Origin: Microcoleus sp.
GTDB taxonomy: Bacteria; Cyanobacteriota; Cyanobacteriia; Cyanobacteriales; Microcoleaceae
Length of the DNA: 64,000 nt
Direction of reading: 5' to 3'
NCBI GenBank assembly: GCA_042408215.1
Contig: JAYFMW010000020.1
Span: forward strand, 256,001 to 320,000
Both the position numbers and the translations under genes were made by a program. This document shows, piece by piece, positions 21,305 through 32,018 of this stretch. Position 1 is the stretch's first letter, and every line of letters begins with the position of its first letter. The notes beneath the pieces were generated by a model, which saw nothing but the letters and a program-made list of their open reading frames with translations, made no database searches and was not told where the DNA came from.

Positions 21305-23626
21305 CTAAAATCTATTCACGATCGCCCCAAAGTCAGCCAACACCCGCGCATGATTCCGCAGCAATCCCAGTAAACTCAACCGATTGCGCTTAATTTCCGG
21401 GTCAGAATCCATCACTAAAACGCTTTCTGGCCCATCGAAAAAGTTGCTAACAGTCGGAGCAATTTCAGTTAAACTATCTACTAATAGCTGGTAATTGCGA
21501 GTTTGTTTGGATAGCTGGGTTTGTGGCACTAACTGCACTACTGCATCGTAGAAAGCTTGTTCAGACGATTTTTGAAATAATTCTGGTTTCACTGCTTTTT
21601 TCGGTTCTAATTCGATTTTATCCAAATCTCCTTGAGCCGCCAAACGAGTTGAACGATTCACTGTTTCGTAGATTTTATCCAATGTATGATTATTGCGGAT
21701 TTGTTGCAAGAAAAGCGCTCTTTCCAGTGCGTCTAACAAATCTCTCAATGCTCGTTCGGTATATTCTGGGTCGTTTTCTCCCAAAACTGCATTTACCAAA
21801 TCGTAATCTACGTGCTTTTCTTCTTGCAACAAAGTGCGAATTCTTTGCAGGAAAAAGTCATACAATTGTGACAGTAATTCAACAGGTGTTTCGGGGCGAA
21901 GTGCTGTAAATTCACCAACACTTTCTGCAAGTAATTGGTGCAAATTTACAGGCAACTGAGCCGCCCAAATAATGTTAACTATCGCATTGGCGGCGCGGCG
22001 CAAAGCGAAGGGATCGGAGGAACCTGTCGGCAACATTCCTAAGCCGAAGATGCTGACTAATGTATCTAGTTTGTCGGCGATTCCGACAATTTGACCTGTG
22101 ATAGTTTGGGGCAGTTTGTCCCCGGCACCTTTGGGCAAATAATGTTCAACAATCCCTTTGGCTACTGCTTCTGATTCGCCGCTGGCTAAGGCGTATTTCT
22201 GCCCCATGATTCCTTGCATTTCTGGCAGTTCGTAAACCATTTGGGTTACGAGGTCGGCTTTGCAAAGTAAGGCTGCTCTTGCTATGTGTAAGCTTTCTTC
22301 TGCTGTTAGTTGCAGTTGATTGACAATGAGACTGGCAATCTTGCACAGGCGATCGACTTTGGCGCGTACAGTCCCTAAATCTTCTTGGAAAGTCACTGTT
22401 TCCAATTTGGGCAAATAATCTTCTAGAGGTTTTGCCAAGTCTGCTTTGTAGAAAAATTGACCGTCTGCTAATCTCGCCCGAACTACTCGCTCGTTCCCGG
22501 CGGCGATGATGGCTGATTTCGCTGGATCGCCGTTGGAAATTGTAATGAAGTAGGGCAGAAGTTCGGGAGATTTGGGATTTTTTAGAATCGGAAAATACCG
22601 CTGGTTTGTGACAATTATTGTGGTGATTACTTCCGGCGGTAATATCAAAAATTCTTCGTCAAATTTGCCGACTACTGCGTTCGGCCATTCTACTAAATCG
22701 GTTACTTCTTCTAATAAATCATCGCTGATGTCTGCGTAACCGCCTTGTTTTGTGGCGGCCGCTTCTACTTGGGCTTTAATTTGAGTTTTGCGTTGCGATC
22801 GATCGACTTCAACGTAAGCAGCCCGCAGACACTCGACATAGCCCTCGGCTTGCGGAATGGAGACCCCCCCCGTCCCCCCCTTGCTAAGGGGGGGTGTAGG
22901 AAGCGATGTCCCCTCCTTAGCAAGGGGAGGTGTAGGAAGCGTCCCCTCCTTAGCAAGGGGAGGTGTAGGAAGCGATGTCCCCTCCTTAGCAAGGGGAGGT
23001 GTAGGAAGCGTCCCCTCCTTAGCAAGGGGGGGTGTAGGGGGGGTGTGTAAGACGCGGTGCCCTTGGGAAATTCGATCGCTCTTGACTGTATCTGAACCGT
23101 TTACCAGGGCGATCGGCAGTACAGTATCATCAAGTAGTGCCACGATCGATCGAATCGGGCGAGGAAACTTCAACTCACCGTCGGCCCACCGCATAAATCT
23201 CTTACCTTCCAATTTGCTAATCCACAGCGGCACAAGTTCTGCCAAAATATCTGCTGTCTGGCGGCCCGGAATTTTTTTCAGTACAAAAACAAAATCGCCC
23301 TTATCTGTAGCGCGAACTTCCAAAGCATCAATTTCTACGCCCTGCTTTTTCGCAAAACCTTCGGCTGCTTTCGTCGGTTTCCCATCTTTAAAAGCCGAAC
23401 TCGCGGGCGGTCCTTTTACCTCTTCTTCTCTGTCTAATTGCTGAACTGGCAATCCTTTGATCAGAACTGCCAAGCGTCTAGGAGTAGCGTATACATGAAT
23501 TGAGTCATTTGTCAAGAATTGTTCGGCAAGAGTTTCAGGTACAAGTCGCTGCCACTGCTGGGCGCTCCCTGTGACGAAGGATGCGGGCAATTCTTCTGTA
23601 CCGAGTTCTAATAAAAATGCAGCCAT
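21305..23626 (-). CDS. glyS: Glycine--tRNA ligase beta subunit with an in-frame repeat insertion
   Basis: [32 protein letters not shown] motifs. Confidence 0.96.
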   Translation of the reverse strand: MAAFLLELGTEELPASFVTGSAQQWQRLVPETLAEQFLTNDSIHVYATPRRLAVLIKGLPVQQLDREEEVKGPPASSAFKDGKPTKAAEGFAKKQGVEIDALEVRATDKGDFVFVLKKIPGRQTADILAELVPLWISKLEGKRFMRWADGELKFPRPIRSIVALLDDTVLPIALVNGSDTVKSDRISQGHRVLHTPPTPPLAKEGTLPTPPLAKEGTSLPTPPLAKEGTLPTPPLAKEGTSLPTPPLSKGGTGGVSIPQAEGYVECLRAAYVEVDRSQRKTQIKAQVEAAATKQGGYADISDDLLEEVTDLVEWPNAVVGKFDEEFLILPPEVITTIIVTNQRYFPILKNPKSPELLPYFITISNGDPAKSAIIAAGNERVVRARLADGQFFYKADLAKPLEDYLPKLETVTFQEDLGTVRAKVDRLCKIASLIVNQLQLTAEESLHIARAALLCKADLVTQMVYELPEMQGIMGQKYALASGESEAVAKGIVEHYLPKGAGDKLPQTITGQIVGIADKLDTLVSIFGLGMLPTGSSDPFALRRAANAIVNIIWAAQLPVNLHQLLAESVGEFTALRPETPVELLSQLYDFFLQRIRTLLQEEKHVDYDLVNAVLGENDPEYTERALRDLLDALERALFLQQIRNNHTLDKIYETVNRSTRLAAQGDLDKIELEPKKAVKPELFQKSSEQAFYDAVVQLVPQTQLSKQTRNYQLLVDSLTEIAPTVSNFFDGPESVLVMDSDPEIKRNRLSLLGLLRNHARVLADFGAIVNRF
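22864..23043. repeat. In-frame tandem CCCCTCCTTAGCAAGGGG hairpin repeat inside glyS
   Basis: Alternating 33/36-nt units encoding [10 protein letters not shown](S)L, five hairpins in total. Confidence 0.9.
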
Positions 23627-23751
23627 ATCGCACCGTAATGGAATTTAGTTTAGGGTAATTTATCCGATCGTACAATCGTACATCTAAAAAAGACTCAAAA
23701 GTTCAGCAGACCACGTAAAATCGGGGGAGAAAGATCATATCTCAACAGCAC

Positions 23752-24879
23752 ATGACCTTGGCGGAAAGACTAGCACAAGATTGGACGTCTCGACTGGAAA
23801 AAGAGTGCCCGGAGGAGAGCCCTAGCACTCGCCAGAGTGTTGTCCGCTGGCTGTTGGGAGACAAGCCAGATCGATTTGACACTCTCAATCCTACTCAATT
23901 GTCGATCGCGACGGGGGCGATCGACTTTCTGTATCGAATTTTGCTTTCTCGGTATCTGGGTGTGCCGCCAGAAAAAGCTTACCGCAACTTGATCGGGCGG
24001 CTGGGCGGTTTGGTGGTGCTGCGACAAAAAATCCTGGCTTGGGTGTCTCTGAGTCGCGACAGACAGCGCACAGCGGTAGAGGTACTGCAAGAGGTGATTC
24101 AGGAAATGCTCAATTCCGATCGATACCTTCAGCAGCAAGTCGCCTGGATTGCTGAATGTACCTCAGACAGACGCCTGCGAAATTCTTTGCTACTCGCAAG
24201 CGTCGAAGAATATTGTTTGCGCCCGATCCGCAACCAGCCACTGCTAGTCTACCGTTTTGTCAACTACCTGCGACGTTCCCAGCGGGGCGGCTTGACGCAA
24301 GTCCCAGCAGGAGACTGGGTGCGCCTAGTGTCGGAACAAGTTCTCCCCGACGACACAGACGAACCCCTCAGCCTGCTAGACGAACAGGCGATGTCCGAGT
24401 ATCAAGAAAATCAAGCTTGGGAAGACCGGCAAGCTCAGCGGCAAACCGTTCAACAAGAATTTGAGAATTACTTGGCGACGGAAGTCGATCCGCTGGCCTC
24501 CCAGTGGCTACGGCTGTACCTCCAAGGGCGTTCTCAGGAAGCCATCGCCGAAGCTTTGAATGTTCCGATTAAGCAAATTTACCGCTTGCGAGAAAAAGTT
24601 AGCTACCACGCGATTCGGGTTTTCGCCGTCAAACAATCGCCGGAATTAGTCGCTAGCTGGCTGGAAACTTCCCTACAAGAACACAGTTTGGGCTTGACTC
24701 CAAGTCAGTGGGAGCAATATTGGCAAAACCTGACTCCCATTCAGCGGCAGTTGATCGAATCGCTGAAAGCAGGTAAAAGTGTAGAGACGATCGCCTCTGA
24801 ATTGAAATTGAAAACCAATCAGGTCATCGGCGAGTGGAGTAAACTCTATTTAGCAGCTCAATCCCTCCGCAACCAGTGA
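23752..24879 (+). CDS. HetZ-related DNA-binding protein (sigma region-4-like HTH)
   Basis: LQEVIQEML, LVYRFVNYL and SQEAIAEAL...IYRLREK helix-turn-helix. Family assignment from recall. Confidence 0.7.
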   Translation: MTLAERLAQDWTSRLEKECPEESPSTRQSVVRWLLGDKPDRFDTLNPTQLSIATGAIDFLYRILLSRYLGVPPEKAYRNLIGRLGGLVVLRQKILAWVSLSRDRQRTAVEVLQEVIQEMLNSDRYLQQQVAWIAECTSDRRLRNSLLLASVEEYCLRPIRNQPLLVYRFVNYLRRSQRGGLTQVPAGDWVRLVSEQVLPDDTDEPLSLLDEQAMSEYQENQAWEDRQAQRQTVQQEFENYLATEVDPLASQWLRLYLQGRSQEAIAEALNVPIKQIYRLREKVSYHAIRVFAVKQSPELVASWLETSLQEHSLGLTPSQWEQYWQNLTPIQRQLIESLKAGKSVETIASELKLKTNQVIGEWSKLYLAAQSLRNQ

Positions 24880-24953
24880 TCGGTAATCAGTTGCAGGCAA
24901 TTGCTAATTGTTAATTATTTGTAGCATTTGGATGAAATGCTCGCTACAAATCA

Positions 24954-25086
24954 TATCATGTCCGGTTAATTCGTTCTTGTATAATTTGCGCTCTGGTAGG
25001 GCGGGTTTTACCAACCATAATTGTTGAAAACTAAGTATCTCATAAACCCGCTCCCCCCATGCTGTTCGGATGCCACCGGACTTGAG
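24954..25086. mobile_element. MITE-like element with TATCATGTCCGGT...ACCGGACTTGA termini enclosing a GTAGGGCGGGTTT REP
   Basis: Inverted termini; the same terminal motif recurs at 53545-53560, with variants near 28436 and 29887. Confidence 0.6.
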
Positions 25087-25610
25087 CTCAGTTCCCGAAC
25101 CGCCCTCTGATCTGTGAGTTGCCAAATCGTCCTCATCAGCTTAATTTTCAGCAATCAATTGCGATGATTGCTGTGTAGGATAAGATATTAGCAGCACGAT
25201 CGACTTCTCAGGATTTTCTACCCAATCCTCAATTAACTATTACACTGACCTATCTACCAAGCAACGCCGCCGTGCGATGGTGCGAACTGTGGGGTCTAAC
25301 AAATACTGCTTTGAAGTCAATTGAAGCGGTTGTTTATCAATAATCAGTTGTGGTGCATATGTAAAATTTGTGAATTAGTCAAAACATCCCCTTGACATCG
25401 GACGATCGATCCCAGGGGTGTATTGGGTTCACGATTTTTTTTCAAAAGAACTTTCAGTCTTCAGACTTCTACCCCCGTCAGGGAGTGTCAAAGCGTTGAA
25501 TTTGATAGATGAGGTTGGTGTGTCGCAAAAGCGCGATCGGATCGCCATTGTCCCCGACTACTACTTAGTGGCTAATGCTATACACATCTCCAACAGACTC
25601 GGCGACGACA

Positions 25611-26666
25611 ATGAACACCGATCGAATATTTCCATTAATCGATACTGTTGTCCCCTTTGAAGCCTGCCTTTACTATCAAGTTTTGCCTCTGTCTCTAGAA
25701 GGTAATATTTTAAAACTGGGCGTCGTCGATGCACAAGATGACTCGGCTTTAGACTATGTGCAACGGATTTTAGCTTACATGAATTGCTCTGTAACAACGG
25801 AGCCACTTTCATCGGAAACCCATCACTCAATGCTCTCAGCTTACTTGCTGCACAGCAGCCAGGTAAAAGAACCAACCCAGACAGCCGCCACATCGGACAA
25901 GGAGGCCAGGCCCCTACAGACAGCCTCAACTGGTGGGGCTGGGGTGACTGCAACGCTGTCGTCGGAAGCAGAAACATTGCTGTCTCGGCCCGAACCCCAA
26001 ACTCGCCCGGCCAATCCATCGAAATCTTCGCCAACCGGGGTTTCGCAGCCACCAATCCCATTGCAAATTTTGGAGGTAAAAGCCTTGCACTTGTCAAGTC
26101 CTGTGGAAGTTTTAGTAACTTTACCCGCCCCACAACTGCTGCAAGAATTGCTCGGTAGAGTGCTGCGAGAGGGTATCGGCCGCCTGTTTTTTGAGCGACA
26201 GCACTCGCAAGGTCGAATTCTTTGGAGTCAAGACGGTGTTTTGAAATCAATGATCGAAGGTATCGAACCCCTATTGTTCCAAAACATCATCGACGAGTTG
26301 AAGCGACTGACAAATATGCCTCTGAGTCTGGTGGAACACCCCAAACAAGTGGAAGTTGAACGAATTTATCGAAAAACTCATTTGTTATTGCGCTTGCGAG
26401 TAATGCCTGTTAGTGGCGGGGAAGATGCGACGCTGCAAGTGTTGCGCGGTGCGGCTTTGAGGTTTTACGAGCAGCAGCAGTTGTCTAATTTGAGTCGGGA
26501 TGCACTACAACTGGCCAAGGAATTGCAGCGAAAAGTGAATCAAATTCGCGATCGAACTCGGCTTAATCCCTTGCCTTTGGAGGGCTTGCCGGCTTTGGAA
26601 CAGGTGATTAGAAATCTTGACGATCAAATTGAAGCTTTAATGAACGAACACTATCTTGAGCATTGA
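25611..26666 (+). CDS. GspE/PilB N-terminal-domain protein lacking the ATPase domain
   Basis: ACLYYQVLPL...LKLGVVD (MshEN/GspE_N-like); KQVE...LRLRVMP...GEDATLQVL (N2-like); no Walker A. The stop codon lies within the IS end. Confidence 0.65.
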   Translation: MNTDRIFPLIDTVVPFEACLYYQVLPLSLEGNILKLGVVDAQDDSALDYVQRILAYMNCSVTTEPLSSETHHSMLSAYLLHSSQVKEPTQTAATSDKEARPLQTASTGGAGVTATLSSEAETLLSRPEPQTRPANPSKSSPTGVSQPPIPLQILEVKALHLSSPVEVLVTLPAPQLLQELLGRVLREGIGRLFFERQHSQGRILWSQDGVLKSMIEGIEPLLFQNIIDELKRLTNMPLSLVEHPKQVEVERIYRKTHLLLRLRVMPVSGGEDATLQVLRGAALRFYEQQQLSNLSRDALQLAKELQRKVNQIRDRTRLNPLPLEGLPALEQVIRNLDDQIEALMNEHYLEH

Positions 26667-28057
26667 CATACTCCCCGACCGTCGCGGACGGGGATTCTAA
26701 TTCATGGTTCACAGAAGTCCACTTGCTATATCGAGTTTCCCTTCAATAGTAGAGGCGGTCTTCTCCCCACGCTTTCCCTCGGACGAGGCGGATCCTTCTT
26801 GCCCAGAAGTACCGTTTCTTTGCCACTGGGTACCCAAAAGATTCATCCCCTTTTGCAAAATATTGAGAGCCGCATTAGTATCACGGCACTGTTCAATTTT
26901 GCAATTAGGACAGGAATGGGTTCTGGTACTAAGGGCTTTCTTCGCTCTATGACCGCAATTAGAACAATCTTGGGAAGTGTAGTTAGGCGATACTGCTACC
27001 ACCGCTTTGTCCCAAATCCTGCCATAGTAGTCTAGCCATTGAGTGAATTGATACCAACTAGCATCGGAGATGGACTTAGCCAAGTGATGATTTTTCACCA
27101 TATTGGCAATCTTCAAATCTTCATAGACAACCACATCGTTAGAGTGGACTACGCACCGGGCTTGCTTGATTGCCCAGTCTTTACGCTGTCTCTGAATTTT
27201 TAGATGGATTTTACCCAGTCTTTTCCTTTGCTTGTGATAGTTCCTTGATTGGGGTTTAGCACCCTTCACGAATTTCTTACTCAGGCGGCGTTGGGCTTTC
27301 GCCCGTCGCCTTTCTGACTTCCGCAAGAATTGAGGATAAATCACGGCTTTATCGTTTTGGTCTTTGGTGAAAAACTTTAACCCCAAATCTAACCCAACAA
27401 CATTACCCGTATATTTCCCTGTTTCCTTGCGGTCGGCATCAAAGCAAAACTGAGCATAATAACCATCTGCTCTTCTAACTACTCGCACCCGATTAATCTT
27501 TAATCTGTGTAAGTCTTCCTGAGTTTCATTGTTGCCAAATACAGAAAAAGTTCCAGCCTCAAACCCATCAGTGAAAGTAATTAATTTACAATCTTCTGAT
27601 AACTTCCAGCCTGAAACTTTATACTCTACCGAGCGACAATGTTTCTTGAACTTTGGATAGCCCTTCTTCCCCGCACCTTTTCTGCACCGGGAATAAAAGG
27701 TAGAGATGGCAGCCCAAGCCCGTTCCGCACTAGCTTGTCTAGCAGCAGAGTTTAACTTCTTTGCAAAGGGAAACTCTGCCGCTAAGTCCTTGCATAGGCT
27801 ATACAAAACAGCTTTACTAACCTTTTGATTATCCATCCAAAACCGTACAGCTTTATTCCTAATAAACTGCGCTGTTCGGATCGCCTCATCAAGGGCTAAG
27901 TATTGCTCTTTTGTTCCGTTTTTTAGCTTGGCTTCTCTTACTATCATGCTCTAAGTATAACATATTTATCTGGTATTGTAGCGGATAAATATAATTGTAG
28001 AGAATAAATATAGTAGAATAATATAAAGCCGTCCTAGAAGGACAGGGCTTTAGACCC
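26663..28057 (-). mobile_element. IS200/IS605-family element (IS1341 type, tnpB only)
   Basis: Left end GGGTCTAAAGCCCTGTCCTTCTAGGACGGCTTT after AAATT. Right end AGAATCCCCGTCCGCGACGGTCGGGGAGTATGTCAA. Confidence 0.88.
26709..27947 (-). CDS. tnpB: RNA-guided endonuclease TnpB (apparently intact)
   Basis: RuvC GLDLG / YEDL / RDTNAA; zinc ribbon CSNC...CPNC. Confidence 0.93.
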   Translation of the reverse strand: MIVREAKLKNGTKEQYLALDEAIRTAQFIRNKAVRFWMDNQKVSKAVLYSLCKDLAAEFPFAKKLNSAARQASAERAWAAISTFYSRCRKGAGKKGYPKFKKHCRSVEYKVSGWKLSEDCKLITFTDGFEAGTFSVFGNNETQEDLHRLKINRVRVVRRADGYYAQFCFDADRKETGKYTGNVVGLDLGLKFFTKDQNDKAVIYPQFLRKSERRRAKAQRRLSKKFVKGAKPQSRNYHKQRKRLGKIHLKIQRQRKDWAIKQARCVVHSNDVVVYEDLKIANMVKNHHLAKSISDASWYQFTQWLDYYGRIWDKAVVAVSPNYTSQDCSNCGHRAKKALSTRTHSCPNCKIEQCRDTNAALNILQKGMNLLGTQWQRNGTSGQEGSASSEGKRGEKTASTIEGKLDIASGLL

Positions 28058-28450
28058 AATTTTTCGGTAATATAGCCTTTCTCAGTAACAGTGCGGTGCA
28101 GGCTTGATATAGGGCATAGGGCATAGGGCATAGGGCATAGGGCATAGGGCATAGGGCATGGGGCATGGGGCATAGGGCATGGGGCATGGGGCATAGGGCA
28201 TGGGGCATAGGGCATTGGGCATACCTCACCAAGATTGAGAACTGCTATATAGCCGATCGATTTTAGATTTGAGATTTTAGATTGAAGCGATTTGCCTCAA
28301 TTAGGGGGCGGGTTTACGAGATTGTCGGTTTTCGCCAATTCTTGTCGGTGGGGTGGGGGCGGGTTTACGAGATTGTCGGTTTTCGCCAATTCTTGTCGGT
28401 GAAACCCGCCCCTACAGACATATACAAGAATGAATCAACCGGAATTGATA

Positions 28451-29083
28451 TCATCCGTGCTCGAACACATCTTTGTACTGCAATAAATCCAAACTTACAA
28501 AAACTGGCAAACACTGAAAACATTGCTGTGCAACTTCCCAACGTTCTTCTCGCTGCAACATCGCAGTCAACTTCTGTTTAGCGCTCAACAAATAGCGAAC
28601 ATCATTCGCAGCATAATCCAGTTGCTCGTCAGAAAGATTAGTCGCATTTCCCCAGTCTGAACTTTGAGAAGTTTTATTTAATTCTACTTTTTCCAGTTCG
28701 AGAATTACTTCTTTCAGTCCGTGTCTGTTAGTGTAAGTTCTAGCAAGTTTACTAGCTATTTTAGTGCAGAAAACCGGCGCAATGTCAATACTTAAATTGT
28801 AACGCATTGTTGCCATATCAAAGCGAGCAAAATGAAATACTTTCTCGATATTGTCAGCTTCCATTAACTTCTTTAAATTCGGCGCGGTTGTCTGGTTTTT
28901 AGCAATTCGCACCACTGCAACTTTACCTTCCGGGTTGCACAACTGCACCAAACACAGCCGATCGCGCCACGGCATCAAACCCATTGTTTCGGTATCAACA
29001 GCGATCGCCTCCGCCGTCAAATAGTAAGATAAAAGAGAATCGGGAAGATCGCGATCGCACACTTGAAAATCTGCAAATTCCAT
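28451..29083 (-). CDS. RNase D-like DEDDy 3'-5' exonuclease
   Basis: AVDTET, HFARFD, SDW, YAANDV. Confidence 0.88.
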   Translation of the reverse strand: MEFADFQVCDRDLPDSLLSYYLTAEAIAVDTETMGLMPWRDRLCLVQLCNPEGKVAVVRIAKNQTTAPNLKKLMEADNIEKVFHFARFDMATMRYNLSIDIAPVFCTKIASKLARTYTNRHGLKEVILELEKVELNKTSQSSDWGNATNLSDEQLDYAANDVRYLLSAKQKLTAMLQREERWEVAQQCFQCLPVFVSLDLLQYKDVFEHG

Positions 29084-29227
29084 TATTTAAGAATTGGTAA
29101 TTGGTAATTGGTAATTGGGCATGGGGCATTGGGCATTTGTTATTTGTTATTTGTTATTTGCTGTTCTGCTACCAATAACTCATAACTCATAACTAATGAC
29201 TAATGACTAATGACTAATGACTTCAAA

Positions 29228-29734
29228 TTATCGACTGCGGACAAAAAGCTGAGTAAAATAATACTCCCCTTTAGCATTTTTCGCAATCCCAATTCCAGTC
29301 AAATTAAACTGACCTTCCATATTCTTGCGGTGGCCCTCACTCTTAATCCAGCCGTCAACAGCATTGCGTACCGGGTCGCTGAAGCCCATATTGTAAGCCA
29401 CATTTTCAGCTACACTTTGATACGGAATTGCCATCGACTTAGCCCGCCCATCAAATCCATCATGACTAAACTTAACCTTCCCACTCGCCATATTTTCGCT
29501 GTGAATCCTTGCTTGCTGACTAATTCGCGGATCGACACTCAGCGGCGGCAACTTCTTAGATGCTCGATATTGATTAATCTGTTGGTTAGCCGCTTTTTCT
29601 AAATCAGCAATTGAACTAGAAGCAAGAGTCATATTCATGGGAATTTGCGGCTGCGATTCTGTAGGAATTAGCTGGGAAAAATTAGGCAGGATTGTTAGCA
29701 ATCCCAGGGACATCAGAACCAAAGGTTTGTACAT
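29228..29734 (-). CDS. CAP (SCP-like) domain exported protein
   Basis: Signal peptide; INQYR, HSENMA, AENVA, WIKSEGHRKNM. Confidence 0.9.
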   Translation of the reverse strand: MYKPLVLMSLGLLTILPNFSQLIPTESQPQIPMNMTLASSSIADLEKAANQQINQYRASKKLPPLSVDPRISQQARIHSENMASGKVKFSHDGFDGRAKSMAIPYQSVAENVAYNMGFSDPVRNAVDGWIKSEGHRKNMEGQFNLTGIGIAKNAKGEYYFTQLFVRSR

Positions 29735-29944
29735 TACTTAGAACAAGAAATAAATTGAATTTTTAGATTATTAGTCCTGGACGCACGGGTGTCAGAAACC
29801 GGGTTTTTTTACGAAATACTTCGTTAAAGCCCGCAGATTTGGTAAAAAACCCGGTTTCTTTGTCGGAGTGCGTAAGTCCTGCTTGTATAACCGGACATAA
29901 TCTTACCCATTCCTACAGAGCGATCGCCCAAAATTCCGCTCGCA

Positions 29945-31183
29945 CTAGATATTCAGAACCTTCGCCACAGTCTGCACATCCTTATCACCGCGTCCAGAAC
30001 AGTTCAGCACAATGCGCGGATTACCTGTCAACTGCGGACAAAGAGTCTCCAAATAGGCGATCGCATGAGCAGTTTCCAAAGCCGGAATAATCCCCTCCAA
30101 CTGCGACAGCCGTTGAAAAGCATCCAAAGCCTGTGCATCAGTAACACTATAATATTCAGCCCTACCAACATCCTTCAAATAACTATGTTCCGGCCCCACA
30201 CCAGGATAATCCAAACCCGCACTAATCGAATGCGGCTCGATGACTTGGCCCTCATTATCTTGCAACAAATAACTCATCGCCCCGTGCAGAACACCGACAG
30301 TTCCCTTAGTCAAAGTAGCAGCGTGTTTCTCAGTATCCACACCTTCGCCCGCCGCTTCAACACCAATTAACCGCACAGTTTCTTCCCCAACAAACTCGTG
30401 GAAAAGACCCATTGCATTAGAACCGCCGCCCACACAAGCTAATAAAATATCCGGCAAACCAGCCCACTTTTCCTGACACTGAGCGCGGGTTTCTTGACCG
30501 ATAATCGCATGGAAATCGCGCACCATCATCGGGTAAGGATGGGGCCCCGCTACCGAACCGAGAATGTAATGAGTTGTTTCGACATTTGTTACCCAATCGC
30601 GAATCGCTTCAGAAGTAGCATCTTTGAGAGTTCCAGTACCCGCTGAAACACCCCGAACTTCCGCTCCCATCAAGCGCATTCTGAATACATTTAAAGCCTG
30701 TCTTTCCATGTCGTGAACGCCCATGTAGACAACGCATTCGATACCGAAACGAGCGCAAACTGTAGCAGTAGCAACGCCATGTTGACCAGCACCAGTTTCG
30801 GCAATTACTCGTTTTTTGCCCATGCGTTTTGCGAGCAATGCTTGAGCCAAAGCATTGTTAATTTTGTGAGCACCAGTGTGGTTTAAATCTTCGCGTTTGA
30901 GGTAAATTTGCGGGCCGGTTCCGTCTGGTTTAGCGTAGTGCTCTGTGAGGCGTTCGGCGAAATACAATGGGCTGGGGCGGCCGACATAATCCTTGAGTAA
31001 TCCTTGGAGTTGCTTTTGAAATTCGGGTTCGCTGCGGTATTTGTGGAAAGCGGCTTCTAGTTCAAATAAAGCCGGCATCAGGGTTTCGGGGACGTATTTG
31101 CCGCCGAATTTGCCAAATCTACCGAGGGAGTCTGGGCGTTGGGCGGTGGTTTCGGTGGTGAGACGCAGGGGAGTGACAGTCAC
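29945..31183 (-). CDS. trpB: Tryptophan synthase beta chain
   Basis: [28 protein letters not shown]. Likely start is GTG at 31183; the longer ORF runs into the CRISPR leader. Confidence 0.96.
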   Translation of the reverse strand: MTVTPLRLTTETTAQRPDSLGRFGKFGGKYVPETLMPALFELEAAFHKYRSEPEFQKQLQGLLKDYVGRPSPLYFAERLTEHYAKPDGTGPQIYLKREDLNHTGAHKINNALAQALLAKRMGKKRVIAETGAGQHGVATATVCARFGIECVVYMGVHDMERQALNVFRMRLMGAEVRGVSAGTGTLKDATSEAIRDWVTNVETTHYILGSVAGPHPYPMMVRDFHAIIGQETRAQCQEKWAGLPDILLACVGGGSNAMGLFHEFVGEETVRLIGVEAAGEGVDTEKHAATLTKGTVGVLHGAMSYLLQDNEGQVIEPHSISAGLDYPGVGPEHSYLKDVGRAEYYSVTDAQALDAFQRLSQLEGIIPALETAHAIAYLETLCPQLTGNPRIVLNCSGRGDKDVQTVAKVLNI

Positions 31184-31244
31184 GGACTTTGTGGGGATAA
31201 TAGGACAAATTTCATTATATCGAGTCGATGGGGCTGTGGGCGAT

Positions 31245-31432
31245 CGGGTAATTTTGCGAGGGCTGGCAAAATCGCTGGGATGGCGGAAGTTCGTTCTATC
31301 CTTCGATATATTGTCCTGCAAGGGTTTCAGCGATTTTTATTGTGGGTGACAGCTTGTTTTTAGAGAGATTTTTGGGAGTCCTCGCAAATGGCCTCTGGAC
31401 ACGTTGCGCTGTATGGGGTGTATAATGAAGCT
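31245..31432 (+). promoter_or_regulatory. Putative CRISPR leader
   Basis: Non-coding stretch directly 5' of repeat 1, with cyanobacterial leader-like blocks (TTTGCGAG...AAGGGTTTCAG...CCTCGCAAA). The degenerate repeat is at the opposite end of the array. Confidence 0.6.
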
Positions 31433-31779
31433 CTCCCCACTCGCTGGGGAAACTAATTGAATGGAAACCAGTTTTGGGTTTGAAAATCTGTCCATTTGAG
31501 CCGATCTCCCCACTCGCTGGGGAAACTAATTGAATGGAAACGAATCTTTGAACGCCTTGGGATTAAAAGCGCGACCAGTTTCAAGTCCCCACTCGCTGGG
31601 GAAACTAATTGAATGGAAACTCTCGGTCCGAATCTTGAATCACTCCTAAGTTGGTGATTGCAGTCCCCACTCGCTGGGGAAACTAATTGAATGGAAACAA
31701 AGTGATGCGTTGTTCCTCGATCGCGCTTTGCATAGATTTGTGCCTCCCCACTCGCTGGGAAAACTAATTGAATGGAAAC
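31433..31779 (+). CRISPR. CRISPR array, 5 repeats and 4 spacers, no adjacent cas genes
   Basis: 36-nt repeat (C/G)TCCCCACTCGCTGGGGAAACTAATTGAATGGAAAC at 31433, 31506, 31585, 31663 and 31744; unique spacers of 37, 43, 42 and 45 nt. Confidence 0.96.
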
Positions 31780-31833
31780 TTAACAATTATAAATTCTGTT
31801 CTTGCTAATCCAACGCAATTTTGTCCTTGGGCG

Positions 31834-31962
31834 AGGGCGGGTTTATTATATTTTTGGTTTCCGACGTAGACTATTTGTAAAACCCGCCCCTACATGACCT
31901 GTAGGGGCGGGTTTTACGAATAATATTTAATACCAACAAACAATCTAGATAAACCCGCCCCC
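31834..31962. repeat. REP-like GTAGGGGCGGGTTT...AAACCCGCCCC inverted pairs; more at about 24997-25058, 28301-28415, 33561-33620 and 34026-34092
   Basis: Recurrent intergenic inverted motifs with GTAG ends. Confidence 0.8.
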
Positions 31963-32018
31963 ACACAACCGATAATCTAGATTAACCTCATGTGCGATCT
32001 ATAAAAAGCTACAATCAG

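Noticed and set aside
25470..25491. GGGAGTGTCAA resembling an IS605 right end (also a half hairpin at about 48491-48511)
   Set aside because: No complete subterminal hairpin or matching left end; chance or heavily decayed.
27889..28232. MPYALCP-repeat ORFs (similar ones at 13579-13820, 48755-49021 and the first part of 53572)
   Set aside because: Translations of heptamer STRR arrays.
31184..31321. 46-aa N-terminal extension of TrpB
   Set aside because: Overlaps the CRISPR leader; GTG at 31183 gives a normal-length protein.
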